This document shows, piece by piece, positions 26,226 to 38,731 of a stretch of 64,000 bases of DNA. This DNA comes from Pseudogymnoascus verrucosus (taxonomy: Eukaryota): assembly GCA_001662655.1 (NCBI GenBank), contig KV460257.1; one strand, written 5' to 3'. The position numbers and the translations under genes were made by a program. Numbering within the stretch: the stretch's first letter is position 1; each line of letters begins with the position of its first letter. Below the pieces are notes generated by a model. It saw only the letters and a program-made list of their open reading frames with translations, ran no database searches and was not told the DNA's origin.

Positions 26226-26646
26226 TGAGATGCTTGCCTAGTGTACCTGGCACTATATAATCTCTAGATGTGGCAATGGCGATGATATATTGTGGAGATA
26301 CTATGACCGACGTGGATGCGGCTGTGCCTATCCCCAAAATCCAAAGTGTGGCGGAGCCTTGCTTACATACGCACCATTGCGTACCTTCCTCCGTTAACCA
26401 AACCACCAAACCGCGCACGGAAATAACCGATAAGCAACTCGAAGACAATGACGACTGAACCCCCCCATACATTGAAAAATATTATTGATTCTTGACTCGA
26501 CTCGCTTTGGTCGCACTTTCGTCTTTCTTGTCTATTGTTACTCTTTCAGATTATTCCCATTCACTCTTTCGATACCCTCATTTAATCTTCTGGCTTTGCA
26601 ACTTCACGGAACTTCGCGACAGACTTGAGGCCTCCCAGGCTACACC

Positions 26647-29600
26647 ATGGTGAGATTGGCCCCCCAACCCCCGATCCGGTCTCGATGCGGACATTTCTTT
26701 CTGACACGCCTGTTTTATTAGGGGATAAGTAGGCGACCAAAGGATAAATCCGCAGGCAATGCGCCGTCAGGCGGCCGTGGGGCAGGGGGAGGGAAGCCCA
26801 ACATCAAGAAGGCGGCATTCGATACGACCAAGAAGAAGGAGGTCGGAGTCTCGGACTTGACGCTACTGAGCAAAGTGTCGAACGAAGCTATCAACGAGAA
26901 TTTGAAGAAGCGCTTTGAGAATGGAGAGATTTACGTTCGTTTAAGCATCCTCCCTGAGCGGACGTTTGAATTCTGACCTACGCGCCCAACAGACTTACAT
27001 CGGCCATGTGCTGGTATCAGTCAATCCCTTTCGAGACTGTGAGTATTGCGCCAACAGCTATTTACACAGGGTGCTGACAAGCTTCCGAAGTGGGTATTTA
27101 TACAGATGCCGTGTTGGATAGCTATAAGGGGAAGAATCGATTGGAGGTGGGCCAGATCTCCGAATTTTGAAATGCGCCGCTGACCACTGCAGATGCCACC
27201 CCACGTATACGCAGTTGCCGAGTCCTCATATTATAACATGAACGCCTACAAAGATAATCAGTGTGTCATTATTTCCGGAGAGTCTGGTGCGGGGAAGACA
27301 GAGGCGGCAAAGCGCATTATGCAGTATATCGCCAACGTGTCAGGAGGTAAGGACTCGTCGATCCAGGAGATTAAGGATATGGTGCTGGCAACAAACCCTC
27401 TGCTGGAATCGTTTGGAAATGCGAAAACACTGCGAAACAACAATTCGTCGAGATTCGGAAAGTACCTCCAGCTCCAGTTCAACTCTGCCGGCGAGCCCGT
27501 CGGAGCGGATATTACGAATTATCTTTTGGAGAAATCCAGAGTGGTTGGGCAAATTATGAACGAGCGCAACTTCCACATCTTTTACCAATTTACGAAAGGA
27601 GCATCACAAAAGTATCGCGAGACATTCGGAGTGCAGAAGCCGGAGACATACGTGTATACTAGCAAGTCGAAATGCTTTGACGTTGATGGTATTGATGACC
27701 TGGCAGAATTCCAAGATACGCTGAATGCGATGAAGATTATCGGGCTGTCTCAGGCAGAGCAGGACGAGATCTTCCGCATCCTAGCGGCGATCTTATGGAC
27801 GGGTAATATCCACTTTGTCGAGGATAAGGATGGATATGCTGCTATTGCAGACCAATCTGTGGTAGATTTCTTGGCTTATCTATTGGAAGTTGACGCAGCG
27901 CATGTCGTTTCCGCCATCACGATCCGCATCTTGACGCCAAGAAATGGCGAGGTTATTGAGTCTCCCGCCAACCCCGCACAGGCAGCAGCTACCAGAGATG
28001 GACTGGCGAAAGCTCTCTATAACAATCTGTTTGACTGGATTGTCGAGCGTGTCAACGTGTCGTTGAAGGCTCGCGGCGCAACCTCGAACTCAATTGGTAT
28101 TCTGGATATCTACGGCTTCGAGATTTTTGAGAAGAACAGTTTTGAGCAGCTCTGTATCAACTATGTCAACGAGAAGCTGCAACAGATCTTTATCCAGCTT
28201 ACCTTGAAGACGGAGCAAGAGGAATATGCCCGCGAGCAGATTAAGTGGACGCCTATCCAATACTTTGACAACAAGATTGTCTGCGACTTGATTGAGGGTA
28301 CGAGGCCACCAGGAATCTTCTCCGCCATGAAGGATGCGACCAGAACTGCACATGCGGACCCCGCAGCTTCGGATAGGACGTTCATGCAGAGCATCAACGG
28401 AATGTCGAACCCCCATCTCACTCCTCGCCAGGGCAACTTCATCGTCAAGCATTATGCTGGTGATGTGAGCTACACAGTTGAAGGTATTACCGATAAGAAC
28501 AAGGACCAGCTTCTCAAGGGCCTGTTGAACCTCTTCGCGCAAAGCCAGAACGAGTTTGTGCATACATTGTTCCCCAACGAAGTCAACCAGGATGACAGGC
28601 GACAGCCCCCAGCGGCTGGAGACAAGATCAAGACGTCAGCCAACGAACTTGTCGCCACGCTCATGAAAGCCACACCGTCTTACATCCGTACGATCAAGCC
28701 CAACGAAAATAAGTCGTTCTCTGAATATAATGTGCCAAACGTCATGCATCAGATCAAGTACCTTGGTCTGCAGGAGAACGTCCGTATCAGACGTGCTGGA
28801 TTCGCCTATCGTCAGACTTACGACAAGTTTGTCGAGCGCTTTTACCTCCTGTCGCCACAGTGCTCATATGCTGGTGAGTATACTTGGACAGGCGACTCAA
28901 AGTCCGGCGCCAAGCAGATCCTGAAGGACACCAGCATCCCCGCCGAAGAGTATCAATTTGGTGTAACAAAGGCGTTCATCAAGGCGCCAGAGACGCTCTT
29001 CGCTTTAGAGCACATGCGCGACCGATACTGGCACAACATGGCCATCCGCATTCAGAGAGTATGGCGAGCATACCTACGCATCCGCTCCGAAGCCGCAACT
29101 CGCATCCAGAGGGTATGGCGCAAGAAGCGTGTCGGGGCGGAATTCCTCGAGATGCGCGAGAGGGGCCACAAACTTCTGCAGGGCCGCAAGGAGAGGCGTC
29201 GCATGAGTCTGCTCGGCTCGAGACGCTTCATGGGCGATTATTTGGGCTGCAACGCTGGGAGCGGGCCTGGCGCGCGCATCCGCAACGCGATCAACATCCC
29301 CGGCAACGAAGTCATCCTCTTTTCGTGTCGTGGCGAGGTCCTCGAGTCCAAGTTCGGACGCTCTAGTAAGCCTAGCCCGCGCATCTTCGTCCTAACCAAG
29401 AGCCGGTTCTACGTCGTCTTGCAGGCTGTTGTCAACAAGCAGGTCCAAATCTCCGCTGAGCGCGCCATTCCCCTGGGCTCGATTAAATTCATCGGCCTAT
29501 CGACAAGCCGCGACGACTGGTTCTCCCTAGGCATCGGGTCCCCACAAGAAGCAGACCCCTTACTCAGCTGCGTCTTCAAAACCGAGTTCTTCACGCACCT

Positions 29601-30643
29601 CACGCGCGCCTCACCCGGCAGCGGCTCCGCCCTCCTCAAGATCTCTGACCACATTGCATACGCCAAGAAGCCCGGCAAGATGACAGACATCAAGGTCCTA
29701 CGCGACTCCCAGCAGCGCGAGGACTTCTACAAGAGCGGCGCTATCCACACCCAGTCTGGCGAGCCCCCGAACTCCGTCTCCCGCCCTCTCCCCAAGGGGA
29801 AGCCCATCCCCGCCAAGCCCTTCACCAAGGGCCGCCTCATCCGCCCCGGTGGTCCAGACGGCCGGCCGTCGAAATTCGCAAACGTAGCGCGCAGCACCAA
29901 GCCCGTGGCACACCCCGTACCACATCAGCCTGTCGCGCAGAACCCTATCGCTCACGCGCCTGTCGCTGCGCATAACCCGTTGGCGCAGCAGCTCGCGTCG
30001 CGTACGCGCGCGCTCCCGCAGCAGCCGCAGGAGATCTCGCTGTCGCAATATGGTGCTATTGCAGCTGCATCCCATGCGGCGCCGGCGCCTGCGGCACGTG
30101 CGGTACCGCCGCCTCCGCCACCACCGCCCCCGGCTGCGACGCCTGCGGGCCCGATTTTCCGAGCGATGTATGACTTTGAAGGACAGAGTGCGAATGAGTT
30201 GAGCTTCAAGAAGGATGAGGTGGTGGATATTGTGCAGAAGGAGAATAATGGTATGTCTTTCCCATCCCTCTCCTCGAACAGACAAACTAACATGACCCCC
30301 AGGTTGGTGGTTAGCGAAAATTAACGGCCGCGAAGGCTGGGCTCCGTCCGCCTATCTCAAGGAAGAAACCCCTCCTCCACCTCCCCCACCATCTGCCCGG
30401 CCCTCGGCCGCAAACGGGAAACCCAAGCCTCCTGCTCCTCCAGCCAAGCGTCCCGCTGCTGGAGGACGCAAGGCCGCGGCGCTACCCGGGCAGAGGGATT
30501 CGGGAGGGATGGCGAGTGGGAATGAGGGAGGAGGAAGTGGCAGGAGCACGCCAAGTTTGGCGGGTGGGTTGGCGGAGGCGTTGAGAGCGAGGCAGAGTGC
30601 TATGAATGCGGGGCACGGGGGGAGAGATGAGGATGATTGGTAG
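26647..30643 (+). CDS. myoA: Class I myosin (motor, IQ, TH1, Pro-rich, SH3, acidic DEDDW tail)
   Basis: ATG-only first exon. Motifs [26 protein letters not shown] and LDIYGFE. SH3 (AMYDFEG...NGWW) and C-terminal [11 protein letters not shown]...DEDDW* (TAG 30641-30643). Confidence 0.95.
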
Positions 30644-30867
30644 GCAGTACGCTTGGTGACGGCGGGGTCAGGTAGGGGATGATTTAGACATGTGAGGGGA
30701 GGCAGATAGAATGAATGAAATTTGAATACGTGCCACTTTTCGTACCCAACCCCGTCTATGTATCAACATGTATCATCATATAAACCGTAGCCACAATCCC
30801 GTCGCCCATCTCCAAATCCCCACCTCTATAAATATCAAACCTCGCACTCATCCCCCTTCCCCAGCCC

Positions 30868-32805
30868 CTACCGCCCCCCAACAATCCTCCCCGCAACATC
30901 CCTCAGCACATGCTTCTTCACTTTCCCACTCCCCGTCTGCGGCACCTCACTCATCCCCGTCTCCGCATCCCCGAACCAGAAAATATGCGCTGGCGCTTTG
31001 TGCCTCCCCAGCACCTCGCGGACCCACGCGCGGAGGTCATCGTCGGTCGGTCTTTCCTCCTCTTGCGATGACGACGATGGGGAAGACGGAGGTGCGGGGA
31101 GAAGGAAGGCTCCTACCACTTCCCCATACTTAGGGTGCGGGATCCCCACCACTGCCGCGCGGGTGATGAGCCCCGAGGGGTGCGCGACGAGGCGGGATTC
31201 CACTTCTAGGGGGTATATGTTCTCGCCTCCTTCGTGATGGTTAGTGTTTGATCGGATGGAATGGAGTTGAACGAGCGACATACCTCTTATTATAATATCT
31301 TTAAATCTTCCGGTGATGGTACAGTACCCTTCCGCATCAAATACGGCCTCATCACCCGTATGCAACCACACTACACCCTGCTCATCCCGGATCATGACTT
31401 CCCGCGTCTTGTCGGGGTTGTTCCAGTACCCCTTCTGTAGTGAGTAACCGGCCATGCAGAGTTCGCCGGGCGTGCCGACTGGGACAATGGCGCCGTGGCG
31501 ATCAATGATCTTTGATCTCAGGTGCGGCAAGACACGGCCTACGGTTGTGAGTTTGCGGTGGATGGAATCACCCGCATGAGCATTGAAGCAGGTTGGTGAA
31601 GCTTCAGTAAGGCCGTAACTACTGGTGAACTCCTTCATATTTAACTCCCCCACCATTCGCTCCATCAACTCCACCGGCACCGGTGCACCTGCCACTATCC
31701 CGGTGCGTAAATTGGGACACGACCAGGACGCCGGCCGCGGGAGGGAAAGAAGTTCCTCGAACATGGCGGGAACGCCATGAAGCGCTGTGCAGTTTTCCGC
31801 AGCGACCGCAGCGAGCACGGCGGGGGCGGAAAAGGAGGGGCTAGGGAGGACGATGGTGCTGCCATGGGTGATGCAGACGAGGAGGCCGAGGACGAGGCCG
31901 AAGCAGTGGAAGAGGGGGGGAGGACAGCAGAGAATGTCGGCGGGGGTGAAGGACATGCGGTGGCCGATAGAGTGGGCGTTGTTGATCATGTTGCTGGGGG
32001 TGTTAACTTGGTTTGATGGGCGATGGGGAGATTGACTTACTGGTGCGTCAGCATTGCGGCTTTAGGTTGTCCGGTTGAGCCACTGGTGTATTGAAGGTTG
32101 CAAATGTCATGGGGAGAGACCATTATGCTTGCTGCTTTGAGGACTTCACTCGGGATAAGGGCCCCAGCATCGATTAGTTCGTCGTAAGTCGGGAAGCCGT
32201 TCAGGGGTCCCTTTATCATGACGAGGCTCTTGAGACTACCGAGATTATTTCTGTTCGAGAGATTCGAGGTGACCTCAGAAAGGAGCTGTGTGTTATTGAA
32301 TTTGCCATACTCCTCCTGTGCAAACAGAAGCTTGCAACCTAATCACCAATTAACCAATGTCCTCCAACACGTCTCTGCCAAACTCACCAGAATGGTCCAG
32401 CGCATACTGTGCTTCCGTAGCCGTATAAGTACTGTTCAACACCACCAGCACACACCCCACATACCCCGCCGCAAAAAACACACTGACATATTCCTCGCAA
32501 TTGCCCGCGAGAATCCCGACACGATCACCCCCCCGCACTCCCAGTGCCAGCATGGCTTTCGCGAGACTCCTGCTCTTATGCTGCAACTGGGTGTATGACC
32601 ATCGCGCGCCGGTCCAGGGAACGACGAGACATTCCTTGTCACCGCGCAGCGCGCATTGCTCGTCTAGAAGCTCGCCGAGAGTCAGGTCGACGAGGGTTGG
32701 TTCGGCGCCGCCGTGTACGAGGGAGAGGGTGGTTGGCTCGGCGACATCGTTGAGGTGGTGCGTGGTCTGTTGGAGGCGGCGGATGGTAGTTGTATTAGAA
32801 GACAT
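30868..32805 (-). CDS. AMP-binding acyl-CoA synthetase with an N-terminal PTS2 peroxisomal signal, multi-exon
   Basis: YTSGSTGQPKA, YGLTEASP, WLHTGDEA, GRFKDIIIRGGENIYP and TGSGKV. The N-terminal RLQQTTHHL matches the PTS2 consensus RLx5HL. Confidence 0.9.
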
Positions 32806-34490
32806 GATGCGCGCACTTGTAGGAAAGACAGTGAACAAGCACACTCAAATAAGAAACAACGAACAGACTCAAGAAATCTATCTCTAGTTGAAAGAAAGAC
32901 ACGAAACTGAAAATCCCTCGAATTTTTATTCCCAAACGCAAGTACGTTCGGCTTTCGAACAGCCTGGCGGCACCACGGCACACACACACACACTTCGACC
33001 CACCTCCTCGAGCTCCCGACACATTCTCGAGCTGGTTATTACCTCCCCTTGGCCATGGTCACTAGCTCCCCAGCCAGGCCAAACTGAGCACCTTTCCCTG
33101 CTGATGATAGGGGGGCATGTCGCGAAAGATCTGATTAGATTGGATCAGCTACGCAGGGATGGGTCGCATCTGATTAGATTGGATTAGCTGCACGCCCCTC
33201 GAGCCGTCGTCCGTCTTGGCTCTGTCCCGGTCAGCGGCGGGGGTTGGAATTGCACCTCCATGACATGTGCCTTCCTGGACTGGCTTTGGGAGGGAGGTCT
33301 GAGGATCTTAAAGCAGCATCGGATCGCATTTCGTATAGTAGCTACATTACGGTAGCTGTAACATTAGCCTCCCCAGAGATTAACCACGCACGAGAAAACC
33401 AGGATCATACATCCGGTTGACAGCTTGAATAGGGCTTTCATGGATGGGGGTGTCTCATAATTGGCTGTGTGGAGTGCTTATTAGGCGATCCGGTCGGGTA
33501 TACGCCATCTGATAAGAAAAAATTATCAGATCCTGCAGCTGTTAGCGCCGTCGCCGTGGGGGTAGTACGTACTATGACAGAAGGTTGGGTCCACACACAC
33601 GTTTGGAGAGCACCGATGTCGCTTTGTGGGAGGTAATTACATGGTTTTGTGGTGACAGTGATGCTTTTATTAGAGGTGCGTTGATATACTCTATGCTGTG
33701 CCGTGGTGAAGCCTTTAATGCTTCTGTAGGGTGGGGGGATGGGGAGGAAATAGAAGGATGTGCTTGTGTGTTTTAGATACTTGGGACGTGGATGTATGGA
33801 AGGTGGAACATTTCAGGTGAGTTCATTGTTATTCGTTATTGTTTATTTATTATTATAAAAACAAACAATACAATTTGTTTCCATTTCCATTTCCAGTCAA
33901 TCGTTTCGGAAGCTATCCTCTCCGAGGCCATCCTTCCAAGTGTGTTTCCTTTCGAGATCATTCCTTCCAAGACCATCATTGCCAAGGGTCAATCTTCTCC
34001 AGATCATTCCTTCGAAGGTCATCCTTTCTGAGGTCACTATTTCTGAGGTAGTTCTCCATTGCCAGCCTTTCCGTCCTTCCCCAGGCAGCTTCTTCTCTGA
34101 GTGATGCTTACGGGCAGCATAATATAGCGACGAGTGGATTTCCAGCGTCTTGTTGCGAGGGGCACGCGGCAGACAGAGTAAGTGTTTTGTTTTATTTTGT
34201 CAGCATGCGAGAACGTAAGTAACTGCTTCGGACTCATGATCTTGAGAGATGTGTCGATGCTTGGGGCAGGTCTTCCGACATGACGCCCTTCCGAAGTATG
34301 GGGGGTGGATGAAGTTCAAGGGGTGACTGGATCCGAGTCATTCAGAGGACGTGACGAGACATGATTGTTCTGTGCTTCAGCTCGGGGACGCATGTGCCTA
34401 CTCCGGAGCCGCGCAAGTTGAGGATGATCCGAGTGCTTGACGCGAATCGCGCGACGCCCTACCCATCCGGACGAACGGCGAAATGAGGTC

Positions 34491-35480
34491 CTAGGGGTAG
34501 CTCTTCGGATCCCAAGCATTCACCGGCACGCGCCCCTTCGAGAGCGACATGACATAACGCGGCATCCTTTTCCATCCTGCGAAGTAGGGATGCAGGTAGT
34601 TTTCCGTCTCTGTGTCGACCTGGAATAAGAGCGGGTTCATCTGGTGAGGCAGCTCGAGGAAGAGGTCCTTCGTGAGATTGTTGATCTGCACGTCGGCGAC
34701 GGAGGCGAGACCGAGTTTGAAGGTGGTGTAGTGTGTCGTGTGATACACAAGCGCGTCGAGGTAGGCGGGGATACTGAGGATGTTGATGGGAGAAGTGTTT
34801 CCGGCGCCCTTGGTGCGCTGGTATATCGTGTTGAATATGCCGTCGGCGCCGCTATTGGCGGCTGCATCGTCGAGGATGCGGGGGCCATAGAACCATCCGT
34901 CGTCGCGGCGGAGGGCGGGGTGGAATTCCTCCTCCACCAGAAACGGGTTCCACGGATACAGCTCGGGGACTTCGACGAGCGGGCATGCATCGATGTTGAT
35001 GTGATAGGCCTCCTCGGTCCATAACCGCATGTACGAGAATCCGATGCCTTCGATGCCTTCCCACTTCAGGACAGTGTCTGCGTCGCAAAGATACTCGATT
35101 AGCATCTTCTCCTCAATGTTTTCGAGATCCTGCCATGCCGCGTCGGACTTGAAGACCTCGAGCGTTTTGACGCCGTCGAAGATGGTCCAGAAACCAGTTT
35201 CAACGAGCGAGGTGACGATGGCGGGGAGTTGGGACGTGCGCAGGACGAGGTCGAAGCCAGCGTCGACGCTGGAGGAGCAGCCCATCCAGCGGAGTGCGAC
35301 ATGGCCGACGAGGATGAATGGGTGGGAGTATTTGTCCAGGATGTCAAGAACATGGTCGATGGTTCCTTCGGCGGCGGTGTTGGGCGCGGTGATGGTGCTT
35401 GTCTCTCCTCCAGGTTTGGTTTCCATCTCATGAATTTCCTCGCTGATCGTACACGTGGAGGCGGGCGAAGAGGCGTCCAT
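34491..35480 (-). CDS. Fungal hypothetical protein (N-terminal LVGxxALxWxG...DLV motif, possibly nucleotidyltransferase-like); the C-terminus may be disrupted
   Basis: 329-aa GC-rich ORF with coding-like composition. No confident family. Confidence 0.6.
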   Translation of the reverse strand: MDASSPASTCTISEEIHEMETKPGGETSTITAPNTAAEGTIDHVLDILDKYSHPFILVGHVALRWMGCSSSVDAGFDLVLRTSQLPAIVTSLVETGFWTIFDGVKTLEVFKSDAAWQDLENIEEKMLIEYLCDADTVLKWEGIEGIGFSYMRLWTEEAYHINIDACPLVEVPELYPWNPFLVEEEFHPALRRDDGWFYGPRILDDAAANSGADGIFNTIYQRTKGAGNTSPINILSIPAYLDALVYHTTHYTTFKLGLASVADVQINNLTKDLFLELPHQMNPLLFQVDTETENYLHPYFAGWKRMPRYVMSLSKGRVPVNAWDPKSYP

Positions 35481-38400
35481 TTTGGCGATGGGAGTTCGGT
35501 GAGATGGTGATGGGAGGAGGAAGGAAGGTGTTCACGCCAGTTTCTGGGAAGGTGGGATTTATCACATGGTTCCACGCTATTTAGATTCAGTCTAAATGGT
35601 TATAACCTCGAGCTAAGTCGAGCTAATCTTTTGACGTAAGGTACATGTATACAGGTAGTGCAGGGTCTAATTACATTTTATAACATATTAATTTGGTATT
35701 CATTGCGTTCTTTCCATAATGCGGCGTGGGAATGATATTCCTCGGGCACCATATGCTTACTTACCGAGAGTTATTCTATCCTCAAACAACCTTTACCAAC
35801 ATTTCAAGAAAATCGTCGATTATGACATAACGTCCTCGTAGTCGGAGTTGGTTCCAAAACTCAAGATATCTCCCGACGATTAGTTTGGTAAGGTTGATGA
35901 GTACAGCGACAGCAAGAGGCGACAGGAGAAGTAGTGGTGGTGAGAGACATGACTCTCACCACCGCCGCCCATTCTCACCACCACCCATTCCCACCCACCC
36001 CTTCCCCACAAACCAACTTCTCATCCCAGCCGCCCCTCCCCGTAGTATCTCATCGAGAAACGATAAGGACGCATGCTTCTCTTCTCCGTGTGTTCGTCCA
36101 TCTATTCGAATGCGTCTTCGACGTCTTTCTTGGTTTTCCTATCCAGGCCCAGGTCAGGGGTGCGCGTCGTCATCATTTATCATGTCTCGTACCAGAATTC
36201 ATTTTTTGATTATCCCATGTCTGGTGGAGCTTTTGGGCTGTGTGCGATCGAGACGCCCCTTCATCTCTCTTTGGTCGCGAATCCCCTTTCCCTTCTTACC
36301 ATGATCTTAAGTCTTTGTTGTGGGGGTTCTACTTACCTTTATTCGGAGTCGGGTGATGATGATGATGATATTCTTTTCCCCTAACGATGACCTTTAAGGC
36401 TGTGTGAGGTAGCGGAGAGTGAATGAGATGGATAGAAAGAACGGCGATATGATGGGAAGGATGGCCACTCTCCTCCTGCAGCGTAGATTCGAGAGAAATG
36501 AGTAAACGCTACCTCGCCGGCCATCGTCGGCAAGCAACCCATCAAGTCCGACTAAAAGCGATGACAACCCCACCGACAATCACGATAAGGAGAATGACGA
36601 CAATGTGTATGACATTCCTCTATCCCGTTCGCAGACATGAGAAATGTAGACATCATCGCCGAGCTCGCAAAACTTAGATAAAACCAAAAAGAAAGGCTCT
36701 GACCGATGCTCTTTCAAAGATTAAGGCATAAAAGATCGTCATCGTCATCAATTTCCTCAAAACAGATAAGCAGAACGCGGGCTAAGGTAATTCATCTACC
36801 TTGTGCTAATGGTGCCGGTATCTCCTGTCCTCAGCACAGCTCATTCTCACCACGACGCCTTCTCACCCATCTCTCATTCTCACCACCCACCTCCTCTTCT
36901 CACCACACACGTCTTCTCACCACTACCCCACCCCTTCCCACACCCCTTCAACCACCTCGTCTCACAACGGGAGTGTATCCACGTAACCACCCGTTTGCTG
37001 ACGGAAACGATAATAATGTATTGACGAAGTCCTGTGGACATATAGCTAATCTAAGATAGCATATTCATCAACAAGTGCATCGTGCACACGCTCTTCATAT
37101 CCTCGGCGTCACCAAGAAAAGCCAAAGTGTCCGGTAATGACGCCTTGCAGCGGCTCTCTCAGGGTTGCCGATGTAATGCGCTGATGGCGAGGCGTTTGGG
37201 TCGTGGGAGATGGAGAAAAAGGGGTGGGGGATGGGATAAACAGCTAGATAAAAAATCGCAGACCAACACAAAAAGTGACCCAAAAAAAAACCGAACGAAA
37301 CCCCCACCGCACCCTCCGCCCATGTCGCTAGGCGGGTAAGAAGCGTCGGGCCGAGAAGAAAGTTCCATAGGGGATGATGATGAGAATAACGAGGCGAAAA
37401 CAAGCATCATCGAGCATGAGAAGGATAAGACAAGTCTCCACACAAACCTGACGGCAGCGAACGCCACAGCTACTTGTGTCGTTGGGCTTGAACCTCGCAC
37501 CGCGCTGACTACGAGATGGGAAGTGCTGAACTGTACACTGATTAGTTGATGTCGTGACATGTTGGCCGTGGGAAGGATGGGGTATACGGTGACGAGAACT
37601 GCTGATTGTGGTGAGAAGAACCACCGCCCCTATAACCCTCTCCTCTCCAACCACCGTCGCAGAACCCTCAACCCCGCATCCACCCAGTCACAGAACTCCC
37701 TATCCTTCATGCCGACGAATTTGAATATGCTCTGCAAGGGGTGTTCGTCATTCGCACTGCTGGTATTTTAAATAGTTGGCTGGTTGGGGGGGGGTTACCT
37801 GTCGTCGGTTGGGTGGGATGGGGAATGGGGGATGGCGGGGATAGATTTCCGCACCGCTACGTGCTTGTGGGATGTGATGGATGTGATGCGAGGTGATGCG
37901 GGGGAAGGAACATTGACATCGCACTACCATTCTAGAATCGCGGTGACTACGCCTTTTCCAAGGTCATACAACACCGCTTAACATTACAAGGGATAGTGAT
38001 GATGATGATGATGATGATGATGGGACGCCGCCGGGGGGGAAGAGGGGAGTTGGTTGATATAGAGGTGAGTGATTAATGGGGTTAGTAGATAGGTGGGTTG
38101 CAAGAGGGGGGGAATGATGACTCCGGGGGCCATGGGAGGGAGGGATCGGGTGAGTAATTGGTGTTGATGTTGACGCATGAGGGTTCTGTTCATGTATATG
38201 GGGACTTCACAATTACATTGCATGCATGCACGAAGAAGAGACATGGGTGTTTTTTTTATATATTTTTTGCAACTTTTCTTCAATTCTTATCTCATCTCAT
38301 TCCCTCAACTCTCAACAACTATAGTGTAAAAATCTGCAGCCCCTCCTCATGGGGATATAAACAAGTCCACATGTCTCGCACGTGTCGAGAAGAAGCTTTC

Positions 38401-38731
38401 ACAGATCACCACCACCATCTCTCCACCTCCTTTCATCCCCATCCCCCATATCCCTTTCCCCGGGCCTATATCATCATCAACTTTCCACCTCCTACATACA
38501 ATCCGTCCTGTTTGTATCCAAAACCCATCCCGGATAGACACCGTGGATAGAACGCGCGCGGAGAAAATTTCAAAAAAAAAACGGTGAGGGGGGTATCAAG
38601 ACACCAGGCCCGTTCCGCCACCATTCCCGCGTTCCCCGGCAAAAAGGCAAGTTGTCGCATGCAAGTAAAATATCAAAAGCAAAAGCAAGAACAGGCATCA
38701 CCAGCTACCCATCACTCTTCAAAGAAGTGAT

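Noticed and set aside
33128..33190. Duplicated ATCTGATTAGATTGGAT.AGCT motif upstream of the acyl-CoA synthetase
   Set aside because: Only two copies and no recognisable element or binding-site assignment.
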